Positions 39,785-52,872 of a DNA stretch of 64,000 nt are shown one piece after another. Source of the stretch: Octopus sinensis (taxonomy: Eukaryota); contig NC_042998.1 in assembly GCF_006345805.1 (NCBI RefSeq), positions 188,604,001 to 188,668,000 on the forward strand. The letters run 5' to 3'. Made by a program: the position numbers and the translations under genes. Positions within the stretch are counted from its first letter, which is position 1. Each line of letters opens with the position of its first letter. The notes under the pieces are model-generated. The model was not told where the DNA came from and did not search any database. It saw only the letters and a list, made by a program, of their open reading frames with translations.

Positions 39785-40507
39785 GTTTGTTCCTTCGCGA
39801 GTCATGCCTGGCTCATAAGGGCCAGTTTCCCGGTTACATTGGCATATAGGTTCCCCGCCTGGACAGGACGCCGGTCCATCGCAGGTGAGTTGCTAGATGC
39901 AGGAGGAAAGAGTAAGAGAAAGTTGGGATCTTTTCAGTTTGAACGGCAGTTTTTAACATAATTTCTAGGTAACTAAAAAAAATTAAACTTCGTATACTAG
40001 TAGAATGTGTTTATAAAACATCTTTTTCTCTTGGCTTTATTGAGAAAATTCTATGGTTTGTAAGATATTTGTAAGATATTTTCTTCAATTTCTGCAATTT
40101 CAACCAATCAGTGACGTCTATTGTGTTAAAAAGCATTCTGTGCCGTATGAATATGTCCCTCGTTTAAGAAACAGATTGGGTTTATTTACATTTGTGAGAA
40201 AAAAAAAGATACCCTTCCCCCACCCCTAACCCTAACCCTAAAAGAGATTGAAATGCAATAGATCGATTCTAGTGTCATAATTATGGGTGACCATTTCATA
40301 TGACACCGCTAGAAAAAACTGCCGTTCAAACCGAAATGTTCCGAAAGTTGTGGCGAAAGAGTCAGCAGAAGTTCGCCCTTACAAACCAGAGCCGCATGGA
40401 GCTTAGGTGTTTCGCTCATAAACACACACATCGCCCGCTCTGAGATTCGAACTCGCGATTCCTCAACCGCGAGTCCGCTGCTCTAATCATAAGGCCATAT
40501 GCCTCCA
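39785..40507 (-). mobile_element. SINE family B (tail type 3), split by a MITE
   Basis: Head at 40440-40507, tail at 39785-39925; homologous to the uninterrupted copy at 57611-57893. Confidence 0.85.
39926..40342. mobile_element. MITE with about 28-bp TIRs, 8-bp TSD and internal (CCCTAA)3
   Basis: GGATCTTTTCAGTTTGAACGGCAGTTTT ... AAAACTGCCGTTCAAACCGAAATGTTCC; TSD GAAAGTTG at 39918-39925 and 40343-40350. Confidence 0.9.
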
Positions 40508-40745
40508 CCGAAGCAATGAGTCAGATTCATGGAATTGCTTGAGCGTCGGGCAAATAACTTGCAGTATTTCTTATGATTCTGTACTGTGTTCAAATACTGC
40601 TTAGGTTAACTTTGTCTTTCATGTTTTCTGAGTCGATAAAATAAAGTACTTGTCAAGTACTGAAGTGTATTAAACCTACTAATTCCTTCCTCTCAAATAT
40701 CAGAGCCTGTCCCATTGCTAGAAATAGCTGTTTCTAATATGCATA

Positions 40746-41195
40746 CAGTTGTTGGACAAAATAATGGAAACATCTTGAAATATCAAATTTATTTTAATAT
40801 GGGGTGGGACAGCCTGTGGCAGTAATTACAGCTTGAATTCTACGAGGTATGGATTCGTACGAAGTTTGAATTGTTTCCAAAGGAATTTATATCCGTACTT
40901 CAGTTAAAGCAATCTCCAGTTCTTGTAGTGATGGTGGTGGAGGATATCGACTCCTTACTTGTTTTTTTCTAAAATGCACCATAAATGTTCAATAATATTG
41001 AGATCTGGGGACCGTGGGTGGCCAAATAAGATGCTCAACTTCACTAGAATGTTCATTATGCCATTCATTAACAACTTTAGCTGTGTGTATTGGTGAATTA
41101 TCATCCTGAAAGATTACGTTTGTCTCTGGAAACAGTTCTGCAACCATAGGATTAATTTGATCTGATAAAATGCTTAAATCGTCTTGACTATTAAT
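40746..41195 (-). mobile_element. Tc1-like transposon 3' fragment (DD34E transposase remnant plus TIR)
   Basis: FQDDNSPIHTAK...LIWPP/SPDLNIIEHLW...SIPRRIQAVITATGCPTPY*; terminus TA-CAGTTGTTGGACAAAATAATGGAAACA. Confidence 0.88.
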
Positions 41196-41204
41196 TCTGT
41201 ATCT

Positions 41205-41435
41205 GTATATTCTGTGTGTGTATATGTTTGTGTGTTTGTGTTTGTCCCCCAACAGTGCTTGACAACCGATGCTGGTGTGTTTACGTCCCCGTAACTCAGC
41301 GGTTCGGCAAGAGAGACCGATAGAATAAGTACTAGGCTTACAAAGAATAAGTCCTGGGGTCGATTTGCTCTACGCAAGGCATTGCTCCAGCATGGCCACA
41401 ATCAAATGACTAAAACAAGTAAAGAGTAAAGAGTA
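41205..41435 (+). mobile_element. SINE family C, 3' half
   Basis: Matches the tail of 44967-45430. Confidence 0.85.
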
Positions 41436-43885
41436 TTCATTGCAAATACCAATCCCTCTGTCTAACCTTGTAGATAAACACTATCTACAGATACAACTAG
41501 CTAAAATTAAAAGATACATATTTTGTATTTGCCTTTGTAGAGAAGGCGATGTATATGCCTATGTGTATGATTGAGTAAACGTGCAGGAATGGCTCAGTAT
41601 TTTAGACGTTCGCTTCCCAATCGCGAGGCCTTCGGTTGCATTCTGTCTTGGGTCTCTAAGTTTAACCATAGCTTCGGTTCGATTCCAGCTTTGGGAATAA
41701 AATTGGATGAACAGAAACTTTGTGGAAGCGCATCGAATGGATTACATAAAGTGTATAAATTGTGTGAAACACTCAACCACTTGTTCCGTGTTTTAAACGA
41801 TTAGGCAATTCAATTGAGATACTTCTTGTCGTACCGGAGCAGATACATTAATGTTCTGTATATGTATGTGAGTGTGCGCGTGCTTGTGTATGCATGTGAG
41901 TGTGTATGTGTACGTGTAAGTGTATATGTGTGCGTCTGTATGTGTCTATCTTTGTATGTCTAGGTATATGTGTATGTAAGTCTTTTATATTTAAACCAAA
42001 TGTTTGATTTATACGAGGACCAAAAACCTGTTGGGACTAAGACACATGTCTTTTACTAGTTACTTTTATGCCATATCTGCTCAACGGAATTCACTTTTCC
42101 TTTTACCGTCTTTGGAGAAGACATTAATCTTTTCGACGTTTGTCAACACTATCTTGTAGTGATTATCAAATAAGCATGACAGCACAACTGTTGTTATTGT
42201 TGTCGTGGTCATTGTCATCGTCGCTGCTGCTGCTGCCGTTTAGTTCGTGTCAGCTCTGAACCAGCAGATCTATGATCGAATGCATTTCAAGCTTTTCATA
42301 TAGTTCCTTTCTGCAGGGAATTCAGAACTAAAAAACACGACACGTTAAAAAAGAAACGTGTCTTTTTTATTATTTTTTAAAGATGGTAGGCTGCGGCTGA
42401 AGATGTGGCTGCTAATTCGAGCAGATCGTGTGACCATGTAGTAACAACTTTATCTTTAAAGTTAGCAATTAAACTTTTTTCCATGAATTTTAATACATTT
42501 TCCCAAGCATACCATGTTATCTACAACGTTGGATGTCTTCGTCAGAATTGAACAAAATAAAGGAGTCTGGGGTTATGTTCAACTCCTTGAATTCTTCTTG
42601 GTCATTTTCACCATTTTACATTTGGATTAATAAACTTATGACAACTTGAGTTTCCTCGAGTTTATGTAAATTACGAAGAAATACAACAATTGAGAAAATT
42701 AAGGAATCAGTTTCCTGATTGAAACAGTTGTGTGTCTGGTCGCTGCCTTGGGTTTTAATGTTTTATAGTCACTAGGGAAGGGGAATTTGTTTCAAAAACT
42801 TAATTGCTTACACTTGTAAAATTAAGTTACACCTAATTAAATATATAAGAATGAATAAGTGTTTGAAGAATTATGCGAATTGCAATTTAATATTTATTTT
42901 CATTCTGTTATTCGACTGATTTCTATCGATTCAGCAAATAAACACACAAGGTACACAGAAAATGTCTTCAGTATAAAAGTTTAGAATTTTATTTTCTTGA
43001 TATTCTGCTGTAAGTGCAACCGAAGCCACCAGCCTCTAGATATTTTGTGATAAAATAAACTACACACACAAAAAATATCGATTTAACCATAACAGTTTCA
43101 TTATATTATTTAGAAATGAATGTTTGCATAGCTATTATAATCTCGGGTCTTCACTGCCTTAGTTTCTTATAAAATTTTCTTGATTTTTAATGACCAGCTG
43201 AATACAGGATTCAATAAATGTGTTTGATTATATAATATAGAAGCCCAATCTTCCGCATTGCATTTAATATAAAGAATCAGAAAATGATTTTATCGATAAA
43301 GTGTCGATGTCCTGACTCTGTTGCATTATATTTTGGGGTTAGCAATAAGTGCTTCTGCATGTTTGCTCTGCCTGATAGAAATAGAAGCTAAGTTGCCTTC
43401 GAATTTCCCTCACTGTCTTTAAAAAAGAATCAGACAGGCAGAGAGAATAGCTGTAGTCTAAACGCCTTTGATTAGGTTTGCTCAGTGAGAACATATCTAT
43501 AATCAGCCTGGGGTTAAATTATAATAACGTAACGACACCAAATGATATATACAAATTCAGGTCTTTAATGTGGTACTTTTCATTGGTCAAAAACTGCTAT
43601 AGTGCAGTAGTTTTCTGCTGTGTCCCTGTACAGAAAATTCTCACTACTTAAGCGTATATGTTTACAAAGACAAAATAATTATAACCATATTGGCTTATGA
43701 TTTGATGGAGCAAGAGGTCATACGAAAATAGAAAACTAAATAGACGATGTAATTTATAACCACTAGCTAGATTTGACCGTTGAAATCTTCTATTACTGTT
43801 TACTAAGTAAAGCAAAATATATGTATATTTAATTACAACGCAGATATGTCACCACATCAGTTTAGTTTTCGGTATTTCAGTTCAC

Positions 43886-43888
<3 letters not shown>

Positions 43889-43929
<41 letters not shown>

Positions 43930-44115
43930 CACATTCATACATACAAGCATACAATCATATGTGTATATATGTATAAATACATATGTATACGTATACATAT
44001 ACATATATACAAATATATATATGCATGTATGTATGTATGTATGTATATATATATATATATATATAATATATATATATATGTATATATATATATAATATAT
44101 GTATGTATGTATGTA

Positions 44116-44166
<51 letters not shown>

Positions 44167-44239
44167 ATATATGTATATATATATATATGTATGTATGTAT
44201 ATATATGTATATATATATGTATGTATGTATGTATATATG

Positions 44240-44303
<64 letters not shown>
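43889..44303. repeat. (TA)n/(TATG)n tract
   Basis: Direct reading. Confidence 0.95.
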
Positions 44304-44307
<4 letters not shown>

Positions 44308-44315
44308 TGACTCAC

Positions 44316-44378
44316 TTTGCTGTGTATATGGTGACTCAACGCATCGAAAAGATTGTTGACTTTTTTAAACGACTCCAT
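44316..44378 (-). CDS. Candidate first coding exon
   Basis: AAGATGG start context, [21 protein letters not shown], then GTGAGT donor (phase 0); no homology recognised. Confidence 0.2.
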
Positions 44379-44966
44379 CTTATTGATTTTCTTCGTTTTT
44401 TTTTTTTTTTTTTTGTTGCATCTGCTAATAATTTCAGTCGCGTCAACATTTATCGTGCTGCCATAATATAGAAGAATATCGTCATTCCTGCATTTGATAT
44501 TAGCATTTGTGTAAGCAAATTCTATATTCGTCAACTTATGTTTTGAGTTGTGATTATAAACGGATTTATCATAGCTGTAAATTTAAATTATCTGTAATAT
44601 TCTCCTATCACAAGAATTATTTTTATCATCAGTTCTTTTCGGCCAACAGACAAATCTTACTTTATAATAAACTTCGTGTAAATTATGCATTTAACTGGCT
44701 ACATCATAGTGTCTTCCAAATATTCTACGCATTTTCTCATTTGTTTTCGTTTCATTATTTACTCGTTGGAAGAAGGGCGGCGCTTATGACCTTTGCAATT
44801 CCTCCAACACCAGTTAATTTGTGATGTGGCATGTGAGACACCATACGGACAGTGATAGGAGAAAATAAGACGCATCTAGTGGGCATAAGCGGTTGCAGAT
44901 GCTAAGCTTGTTACTTTAGATATCTGGAAGTCATAAAAGTGGTGGAAGAAAAAGACGCTGTGTATA

Positions 44967-45430
44967 GGCGCAAGAGTGGCTGTGTGGTAAGTAGCTTGCT
45001 TACCAACCACATGGTTCCGGGTTCATTCCTACTGCGTGGCACCTTGGGCAAGTGTCTTCTACTATAGCCTCGGGCCGACCAAAGCCTTGTGAGTGGATTT
45101 GGTAGACGGAAACTGAAAGTAGCCCGTTGTATATATGTATATATATATGTGTGTGTGTGTTTTTGTGTGTTTGTGTGTGTGTGTGTGTGTGTGGTGTGTG
45201 TGTGTGTGTGTGTGTGTGCGTATATGTTTGTGTGTCTGTGTTTGTCCCCCCAACATCGCTTGACAATCGATGGTGGTGTGTTTACGTCCCCTGTAACTTA
45301 GTGGTTCGGCAAAAGAGACCGATAGAATAAGTACTATGCTTACAAAGAATGAGTCCTGGGGTCGATTTGCTCGACTAAAGGCGGTGCTCCATCATGGCCG
45401 CAGTCAAATGACTGAAACAAGTAAAAGAAT
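44967..45430 (+). mobile_element. SINE family C
   Basis: Full-length copy with internal (TG)n. Confidence 0.9.
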
Positions 45431-46459
45431 TATCCAGATAGTATATGGTGGATATGTTCTAAGATTTTTGCGCGTGTATCTGAAGCAGCACCGCCAATAT
45501 GGGAGCAATAATGTAGGTTTTAGTACGGATTTGTAGACGGTTAAAATATTTTCTAGCCATGAAGAGGAAACCTAGCTGTAGAAATGTAAATGAAAATATC
45601 TTATATATAAGGCCACAATCACTAAATCGTTACAAACTTCGAGACCGAACATTTGATGTGAATTTGGTAGTATTAGCTCTGCCTGTTTTGTTTGTGTTGC
45701 AAGATGTAGTACAATTATATTTTCTTGATGTGTGTAATGTCTTTCATTGTACTGTCGAGGCTACGTTGTTTTGGGGGTCACTGTTCATAGAAATGAGGTG
45801 TAATTTCTCTAGAGTGTGTGTAAATGAGATCTACGTGCAAAGGGTGTTAAAGAAATGAAGGGAGGTAGAAACTGTATGGTAGTGTGTGAGGTGACAAACT
45901 TGCAGAAGGAACATTGAAGCCCACAAGGATTAATATAATATGGAGGGTAGAGAAGCACATAGAGAGAGGGTAGAGATAGATCGATAGATAGATAGAGAGG
46001 GGGTAAGGGAGAAATAGAGAGAGATCTGTGAGTGCGCGCGTGCACTCGCGTGTGGCGTGAAAGAAAGGAGGTTGAGTTTTGTGGTTGAACGCCGTAATGA
46101 GATGTCTAACAAGAATATTTTAACTCAAGACACCGGAACTGAATGAAAATTATATCCTGGAATCGTATCTCAGAAATTCTCTTCTGTGACAGGGTTGAAG
46201 TATTTGATGAGATCAATAACACAACTTCCACTAAAGTTTTCAGCAGAACGATGGTGACTCGGATGACAGAGATACTGAATCTGCTATATCAGAATACATT
46301 GCCGTGAAGAGTAAAACGTCGAAGAGTTTGAGAGCGACGCAAGCTCATTCTAAAATGTACGGTTTAATAGAAATTCAAGGAATACCTTCAGAATCGGTCA
46401 TCGTAGGATGAACAGAAATGTCTTTGAACATACTGATGAGATAAAGTGGGGAGAATACT

Positions 46460-46692
46460 TATTTCGTTATTACCCACAAGGAGCTAAACATAGAGGGGAC
46501 AAACAAGGACAGACATAGGTATTAAGTCGATTACATCGACCCAAGTGTGTAACTGGTACTTAATTTATCGACCCCGAAAGGATGAAAGGCAAAGTCGACC
46601 TCGGCGGAATTTGAACTCACAACGTAACGGCAGACGAAATACCGCTAAGCATTTCGCCCGACGTGCTAACGATTCTGCCAGATCGTCGCCTT
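46460..46692 (-). mobile_element. SINE family A monomer
   Basis: Homologous to other A copies; TSD GGGGAGAATACT at 46448-46459 and 46704-46715. Confidence 0.9.
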
Positions 46693-48199
46693 GAAAAGGG
46701 TGGGGGGAGAATACTACGTGCAAAAGTATCTTAGCTGGGGAACTACAGGTAAAAAGACTCTGCAGAGTGGATAAAGGTCGTTTAGAGAAGCAATCATATG
46801 GTCCAGCTGCAATTTTGGACGCAAAAGTGTTTGTAGGTAGCCTAATGCTTGTAATCACCTCTTTCTTTACGATATGGCCATGTTAGGTGAATAACAGTTA
46901 GTGATTGTAGACTTTGACTTTTGTTTGTAGATATTGCAAGCAACATAGCTGTGAACAGACCTGCGACATAGCTGGGAATAGACCATTTGGACATTTTGAA
47001 GTTGGAAATTTTGGTTCCATAAAGGACGAAAGAGAGCTAGACATCTTCAAGAGATTATCAATATCTGCATTTACGAGATTCTGAAAGAAAGACATTTAGA
47101 AATTTAACTTAAAATAACCTAGAAGGTAAGGAGTAAAACAGAATAAAAGAATTCTCGTTGATTCTTGAACCGATCGGAAGGATAGTCAGATTTCACATAT
47201 GTAAAACAAAACATATATGTATAACATAGATAGAGTGAAAATACTCACAGAACTACAGCGTGAGTATTTGAGAGAGAAGAGGGAGGGAGGGGGGAGGGAG
47301 GGGGAGTAAGATAGAATGGGATGCGTGGGATCATGAAAATCGTGGTTTAAAGTTTGGATTGATATAGATCGGTGAGCAACAAAAGCTTTTCCAAATTTTG
47401 AAATAAAAAAATATTCGATTCTATCAAAGCAACGATATTTAGTATATTAATATAAACCAAAAAAATTTCTCTCACAGTTTAGGTACAACTGCCTTCAAGA
47501 GGACCCTCGAACTCAAAATAGCTGGAAATATTTTACAATTCTAATTGCATTAAAAAAACCAAATTAATAAAATGGTTAATCGAAAAATACCGAAATGCAA
47601 AATCAAAATTGATTAGATCAAAAATGGAAATAGAGAATCGAAATAGAAACTAATCACATTTTCATATTTCCGCAAAAACCACATGTCCCTATTAATTGAT
47701 AAATTACAGCAAGGTATTTTGAAATCTACTGACTCAATTTTCCAATATCTTGAAAAAGTTAGGAATTTTGCAGGTGTTTCAAATTTTGGATCGGAATTAC
47801 CTACTACCTATCAACATACATACATACATACATACATACATACATACACATATACATACATACATACATACATGCATGCATACATGCATACAAACGTACG
47901 CACGTACACACATGAATTTACGCATATATATATATATATATATACATATGTAAATATGTATGTACATCGCCTCCCCCACCTCCCAACAACATCACACCAC
48001 ATCACAACACCCCACCCGCACATCAGCACTGACCAATTCCCATCCCCACATTTTCACACCTACACATACACACACGCACACATCCAGACCACCAGCCCTC
48101 TTTCACACGCACATACGTACTCTCTTATACACACATGCACCTTCGTTTGAGGGTCATCTTTACTTTGTTATTTTCCCTACTTCTTCGCGCTCCTGTGTG

Positions 48200-48415
48200 A
48201 CCCTTCTGTCCGGCAGTCGCCATCATAGGACGGTAGCCACTACACACATTTTTTTCTCTCCTTGTTTCGTTCCTTTTTTTCTGTGTCCCTTTCTGTAGAA
48301 GAGCGTAGGCTCGAAACGTTAAAGACTTTTTCAATTCCTGAGCGTTATACTAATACGTCTGTTTGTTTTGTACACCACCTGTCTTCGTCTTTTGTTTTTT
48401 TCATGAACTCTCCCT
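48200..48415 (+). mobile_element. Family H1 element with HHR-like motif at 48289-48324
   Basis: CTTT-CTGTAGA-A-GAGC gtag GCTC-GAA-ACGT-T-AAAG; all stems intact, A6->U. Confidence 0.7.
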
Positions 48416-48443
48416 ATGTATGTATATATATATGTATGTACAC

Positions 48444-48503
<60 letters not shown>

Positions 48504-48544
48504 GTACATATGTATCTATATATATATGTATATATCTATCTATC

Positions 48545-48580
<36 letters not shown>

Positions 48581-48647
48581 CATATGTGTATATATATATG
48601 TACATATATATGTATGTACATATATATATATATATACGCGTGCGTAA

Positions 48648-48679
<32 letters not shown>

Positions 48680-48688
48680 GATATATAC

Positions 48689-49110
48689 GGCATTGTGTGT
48701 AAGAACCTTGCTTTCCAAGCATGTGGTCAAGGGCCCAGTCCCTCTGTGCAACACCTTGGGCAAATGCCTTCTAAAATAGCCCTGGGCCAGTCAAAGCCTT
48801 GTGAATGGATTTGGTAGACGGAAACGTAAAGAAGCCCGTTGTGCATATTGTATGTGTGTGCGTATGTGTGCTTAGTTGTGTGGGAGGATGCGTGTGTGTC
48901 TTTTTGCTTGTGCTATATTTATCTCTCACCATCCCTTAACAACCGGTACTGGTTTGTTTACGTCCCGTAACATTAAAGGTTCGACAAAAGTGACCGGTAG
49001 CGTAAATTCCGGGTTGTAAAATAAGTATGGGGGCCGATTTGTTCGACTAAACCCTTCAAAGCGGTGCCCCAGCGTGGCCAGAGTCTAATGACTGAAACAA
49101 GTAAAAGATA
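48689..49110 (+). mobile_element. SINE family C, diverged
   Basis: Collinear with other C copies. Confidence 0.8.
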
Positions 49111-49178
49111 AATACGAAAGTCCCTTTGCAAATAGCATTATATGATCCTTAATCACGATGAACAAATCCTATGACATA

Positions 49179-50737
49179 TATTTCTTTACTACCCACAAGG
49201 GGCTAAACATAGAGGGGACAAACAAGGACAGACAAAGGGATTAAGTCGATTACATCGACCCCAGTGCGCAACTGGTACTTAATTTATTGACCCCGAAAGG
49301 ATGACAGGCAAGGTCGACCTCGGCGGAATTTGAACTCAGAACGTAGCGACAGACGAAATACCTATTTCTTTACTACCCACAAGGGACTAAACATAGTGGG
49401 GACAAACAAGGACAGACAAAGGGATTAAGTCGATTACGTCGACACCAGTGCGAAACTAGTACTTTATTTATCGACCCCGAAAGGATGAAAGGCAAAGTCG
49501 ACCTCGGCGGAATTTGAACTCAGAACGTAACGGCAGACGAAATACCTATTTCTTTACTACCCACAAGGGGCTAAACATAGAGGGGACAAGCAAGAACAGA
49601 CAAAGGGATTAAGTCGATTACATCGACCCCAGTGCGTAACTGGTACTTAATTTATTGACCCCGAAGGATGAAAGGCAAGGTCCACCTCGGCGGAATTTGA
49701 ACGCAGAACGTAGCGACAGACGAAATACCTATTTCTTTACTACCTATTTCTTTACTACCCACAAGGGGCTAAACATAGAGGGGACAAACAAGGACAGACA
49801 AACGGATTAAGTCGATTACGTCAACCCCAGTGCAAAACTGGTACTTTATTTATCGACCCCGAAAGGATGAAAGGCAAAGTCGACCTCGGCGGAATTTGAA
49901 CGCAGAACGTAGAGACAGACGAAATACCTATTTCTTACTACCCACAAGGGACTAAACATAGTGGGGACAAACAGGACAGACAAAGGGATTAAGTCGATTA
50001 CGTCGACCCCAGTGCGAAACTAGTACTTTATTTATCGACCCCGAAAGGATGAAAGGCAAAGTCGACCTCGGCGGAATTTGAACTCAGAACGTAACGGCAG
50101 ACGAAATACCTATTTCTTTACTACCCACAAGGGGCTAAACATAGAGGGGACAAGCAAGAACAGACAAAGGGATTAAGTCGATTACATCGACCCCAGTGCG
50201 TAACTGGTACTTAATTTATTGACCCCGAAGGATGAAAGGCAAGGTCCACCTCGGCGGAATTTGAACGCAGAACGTAGCGACAGACGAAATACCTATTTCT
50301 TTACTACCTATTTCTTTACTACCCACAGGGGCTAAACATAGAGGGGACAAACAAGGACAGACAAACGGATTAAGTCGATTACGTCAACCCCAGTGCAAAA
50401 CTGGTACTTTATTTATCGACCCCGAAAGGATGAAAGGCAAAGTCGACCTCGGCGGAATTTGAACGCAGAACGTAGAGACAGACGAAATACCTATTTCTTT
50501 ACTACCTATTTCTTTACTACCCACAAGGGGCTAAACATAGAGGGGACAAACAAGGACAGACATATGTATTAAGTCGATTACACGGACCCCAGTGCGTAAC
50601 TGGTACTTAATTTATCGACCCCGAAATGATGAAAGGCAAAGTCGACCTCGGCGGAATTTGAACTCAGACCGTAACGACAGACGAAATACCGCTGAGCATT
50701 TCGCCCAGCGTGCTAACGTTTCTGCCAGCTCGCCGCC
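49179..50737 (-). repeat. SINE A tandem array: one head plus eight bodies of about 184-199 bp
   Basis: Units start at about 49179, 49363, 49547, 49730, 49929, 50111, 50294, 50492; single head 50690-50737. Confidence 0.93.
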
Positions 50738-51082
50738 TCGAAAATGAAGATGCCTCCCAACCGAACAGTGAGTGAAGCTGATGTTCCGGTCAATGCCTGG
50801 CTGGGCTAGACAGGAGACATATTCGAATTCCATGCTTGAATATCACTGCTACACAAGCTACCTCCCTTTTGAATAAATCTCATTAAAATACATGAGGAAA
50901 AAACGTCATTTGATATTCTCTTCTGCAACAATTCAGGAGCAGCGGATTAGAAAGTGCGAGAAGAACAAAAGCAACAACTTCCTCTTAACATTGACCTCAG
51001 TGGCTGTCCATCCCCTCGACAAGAGCACATCTCGTCTCTGTCATCACAGCCATCACTATGGCAACCGAATCTACATATCCAT

Positions 51083-51129
<47 letters not shown>

Positions 51130-51338
51130 GCCACTACTAGTACTACTACTTACTGCCTCTACTAGTACTACTACTTACTGCCACTACTACTACTATTACT
51201 ACTACTACTACTACTTACTGCCACTACTACTTCTACTACTACTACTACTACTACTACTACTATTACTACTACTACTACTACTACTATTACTACTACTACT
51301 ACTACCACTACTACTACTAATTACTGCCACTACTACTG

Positions 51339-51370
<32 letters not shown>

Positions 51371-51416
51371 GCTACTACTACTACTACTACTACTACTACT
51401 TGCTGTCACTACTACT
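51083..51416. repeat. (CTA)n degenerate microsatellite
   Basis: Direct reading. Confidence 0.97.
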
Positions 51417-51555
51417 AACACGTCTACCAGCTAAGAGAGATGACTTTCATTTTTCTCCACTGTTTAAAGCCTACAAGCACCTCCAAAGTTCTTTGAAGAA
51501 TGCCTCAACAAAATCAAATCCTTCCATCAAAATTACAACTCCGGAAATATACTAG

Positions 51556-51820
51556 GAATCTTTTCAATCTGACCGACAGATTTTTAATTAATTTTTTTTT
51601 TAACTAAACACTTTGAAACTTCGGATACTGGTAGAATGTGTCACATAGAACAGGGTTTACTCTTAACGTTTTTGACAAAAAAAAAAAACGTATTTTAGAA
51701 GTTATTTCGTGTTAAAGTTGTCGTATTTGGGTAATTTTAACCAATCAATGACGTGTATTCAGCTGAAGAAATTACTGCTGCTGTTTGCGAACAACAACTT
51801 TCGGGTCCACTCCCCTAACA
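51556..51820. mobile_element. Diverged partial relative of the (CCCTAA) MITE
   Basis: GGAATCTTTTCAATCTGACCGACAGATTTT, ATACTGGTAGAATGTG and AACCAATCAATGACGTG blocks shared with 39926-40342. Confidence 0.6.
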
Positions 51821-52137
51821 AAATCCTTTAATAACCAAAGATGTTTTTATAGCAACATAGGTTTGCTGGGATTCCTTTATAAATCCCAATATTTGGAATA
51901 TGGATACTTGCTATCTTTTATTCTTTCAACTTTTCTTTAACGTTAACTGGATCTAATAGAAACCACCCACCCTGGCTCCGTTCACAGTATTTCAGTTGAA
52001 AAAACTCTCCTCTCAGACCACGACATAATACTCTGTAACTTCGATTTCCGGCATATCAAAACCAAACCAGCCAATCTCACTCCATTGCATTTATTTGACA
52101 ACATAAACTTCTACAAAGCGGACTGGGGAGCAATCAG

Positions 52138-52562
52138 GGATCTTTTCAGTTTGAACGGCAGTTTTTAACATAATTTCTGGGTAACTAAAAAAATTTAAAC
52201 TTCATATACTGGTAGAATGTGTTTATAAAACCTCTTTTTCTCTTGGCTTTATTTAGAAAATTCTATAGTTTGTAAGATATTTGTTGTTTTTTTCTTAAAT
52301 TTCTGCAATTTCAACCAATCAATCACGTGTATTGAGGTAAAAAACATTCTGTGCCGTATGAATATGTCCCTCTTTAAGAAACAGATTGGGTTTATTTACA
52401 TTTGTGAAGAAAAAAAGATACCCTTCCCCCCACCCCTAACCCTAACCCTAACTAACCCTAAAACAGATTGAAATGCAATAGATCGATACTAGGGTCATAA
52501 TTATGGGTGACAATTTCATATGACACCGCTAGAAAAAACTGCTGTTCAAACCGAAGAGATCT
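52138..52562. mobile_element. MITE with internal (CCCTAA)n, second copy
   Basis: Same TIRs; TSD GCAATCAG/GTAATCAG at 52130-52137 and 52563-52570. Confidence 0.9.
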
Positions 52563-52566
52563 GTAA

Positions 52567-52872
52567 TCAGTCATTAGACCGCGGCCATGCTGGAGCACCG
52601 CCTTGATGAATTTTTTAGCAGAATGAATCGAACCCAGTACATTTTTTTAAAAGCCTGTTACTTATTCTATCGGTCTCTTTAGTCAAGCCGCTAATTTTAT
52701 GTATATAAACATATATACGACAGGCTTCTTTCAGTTTCCGTCTACGAAATCCACTCACAACTATGTTTTGGCTGGCCCGAGGTTATAGTAGAAGACTCTT
52801 GCCCAAAGTGTCACGCAGAAGGACTGAACCTGGAACCATGTGGTTCAGAAGCAAGCTTCTTACCACGCCTGT
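52567..52872 (-). mobile_element. SINE family C, diverged with internal deletion
   Basis: Head and tail motifs present, middle missing. Confidence 0.7.

Noticed and set aside
40224-40241. True telomere or chromosome-fusion relic
   Set aside because: Only 3-4 CCCTAA units, at the same position inside both MITE copies
46700-47100. Minus-strand ORFs possibly from a LINE ORF1
   Set aside because: No diagnostic motif recognised
49179-49362. Ribozyme inside the SINE A body explaining the multimers
   Set aside because: Hairpins exist (GTCGAT-nnn-ATCGAC) but I found no hammerhead core on either strand; other ribozyme folds could not be assessed by eye
49179-50737. CRISPR-like array
   Set aside because: Units are full-length repeats of a SINE body with no unique spacers; eukaryotic context, no cas genes
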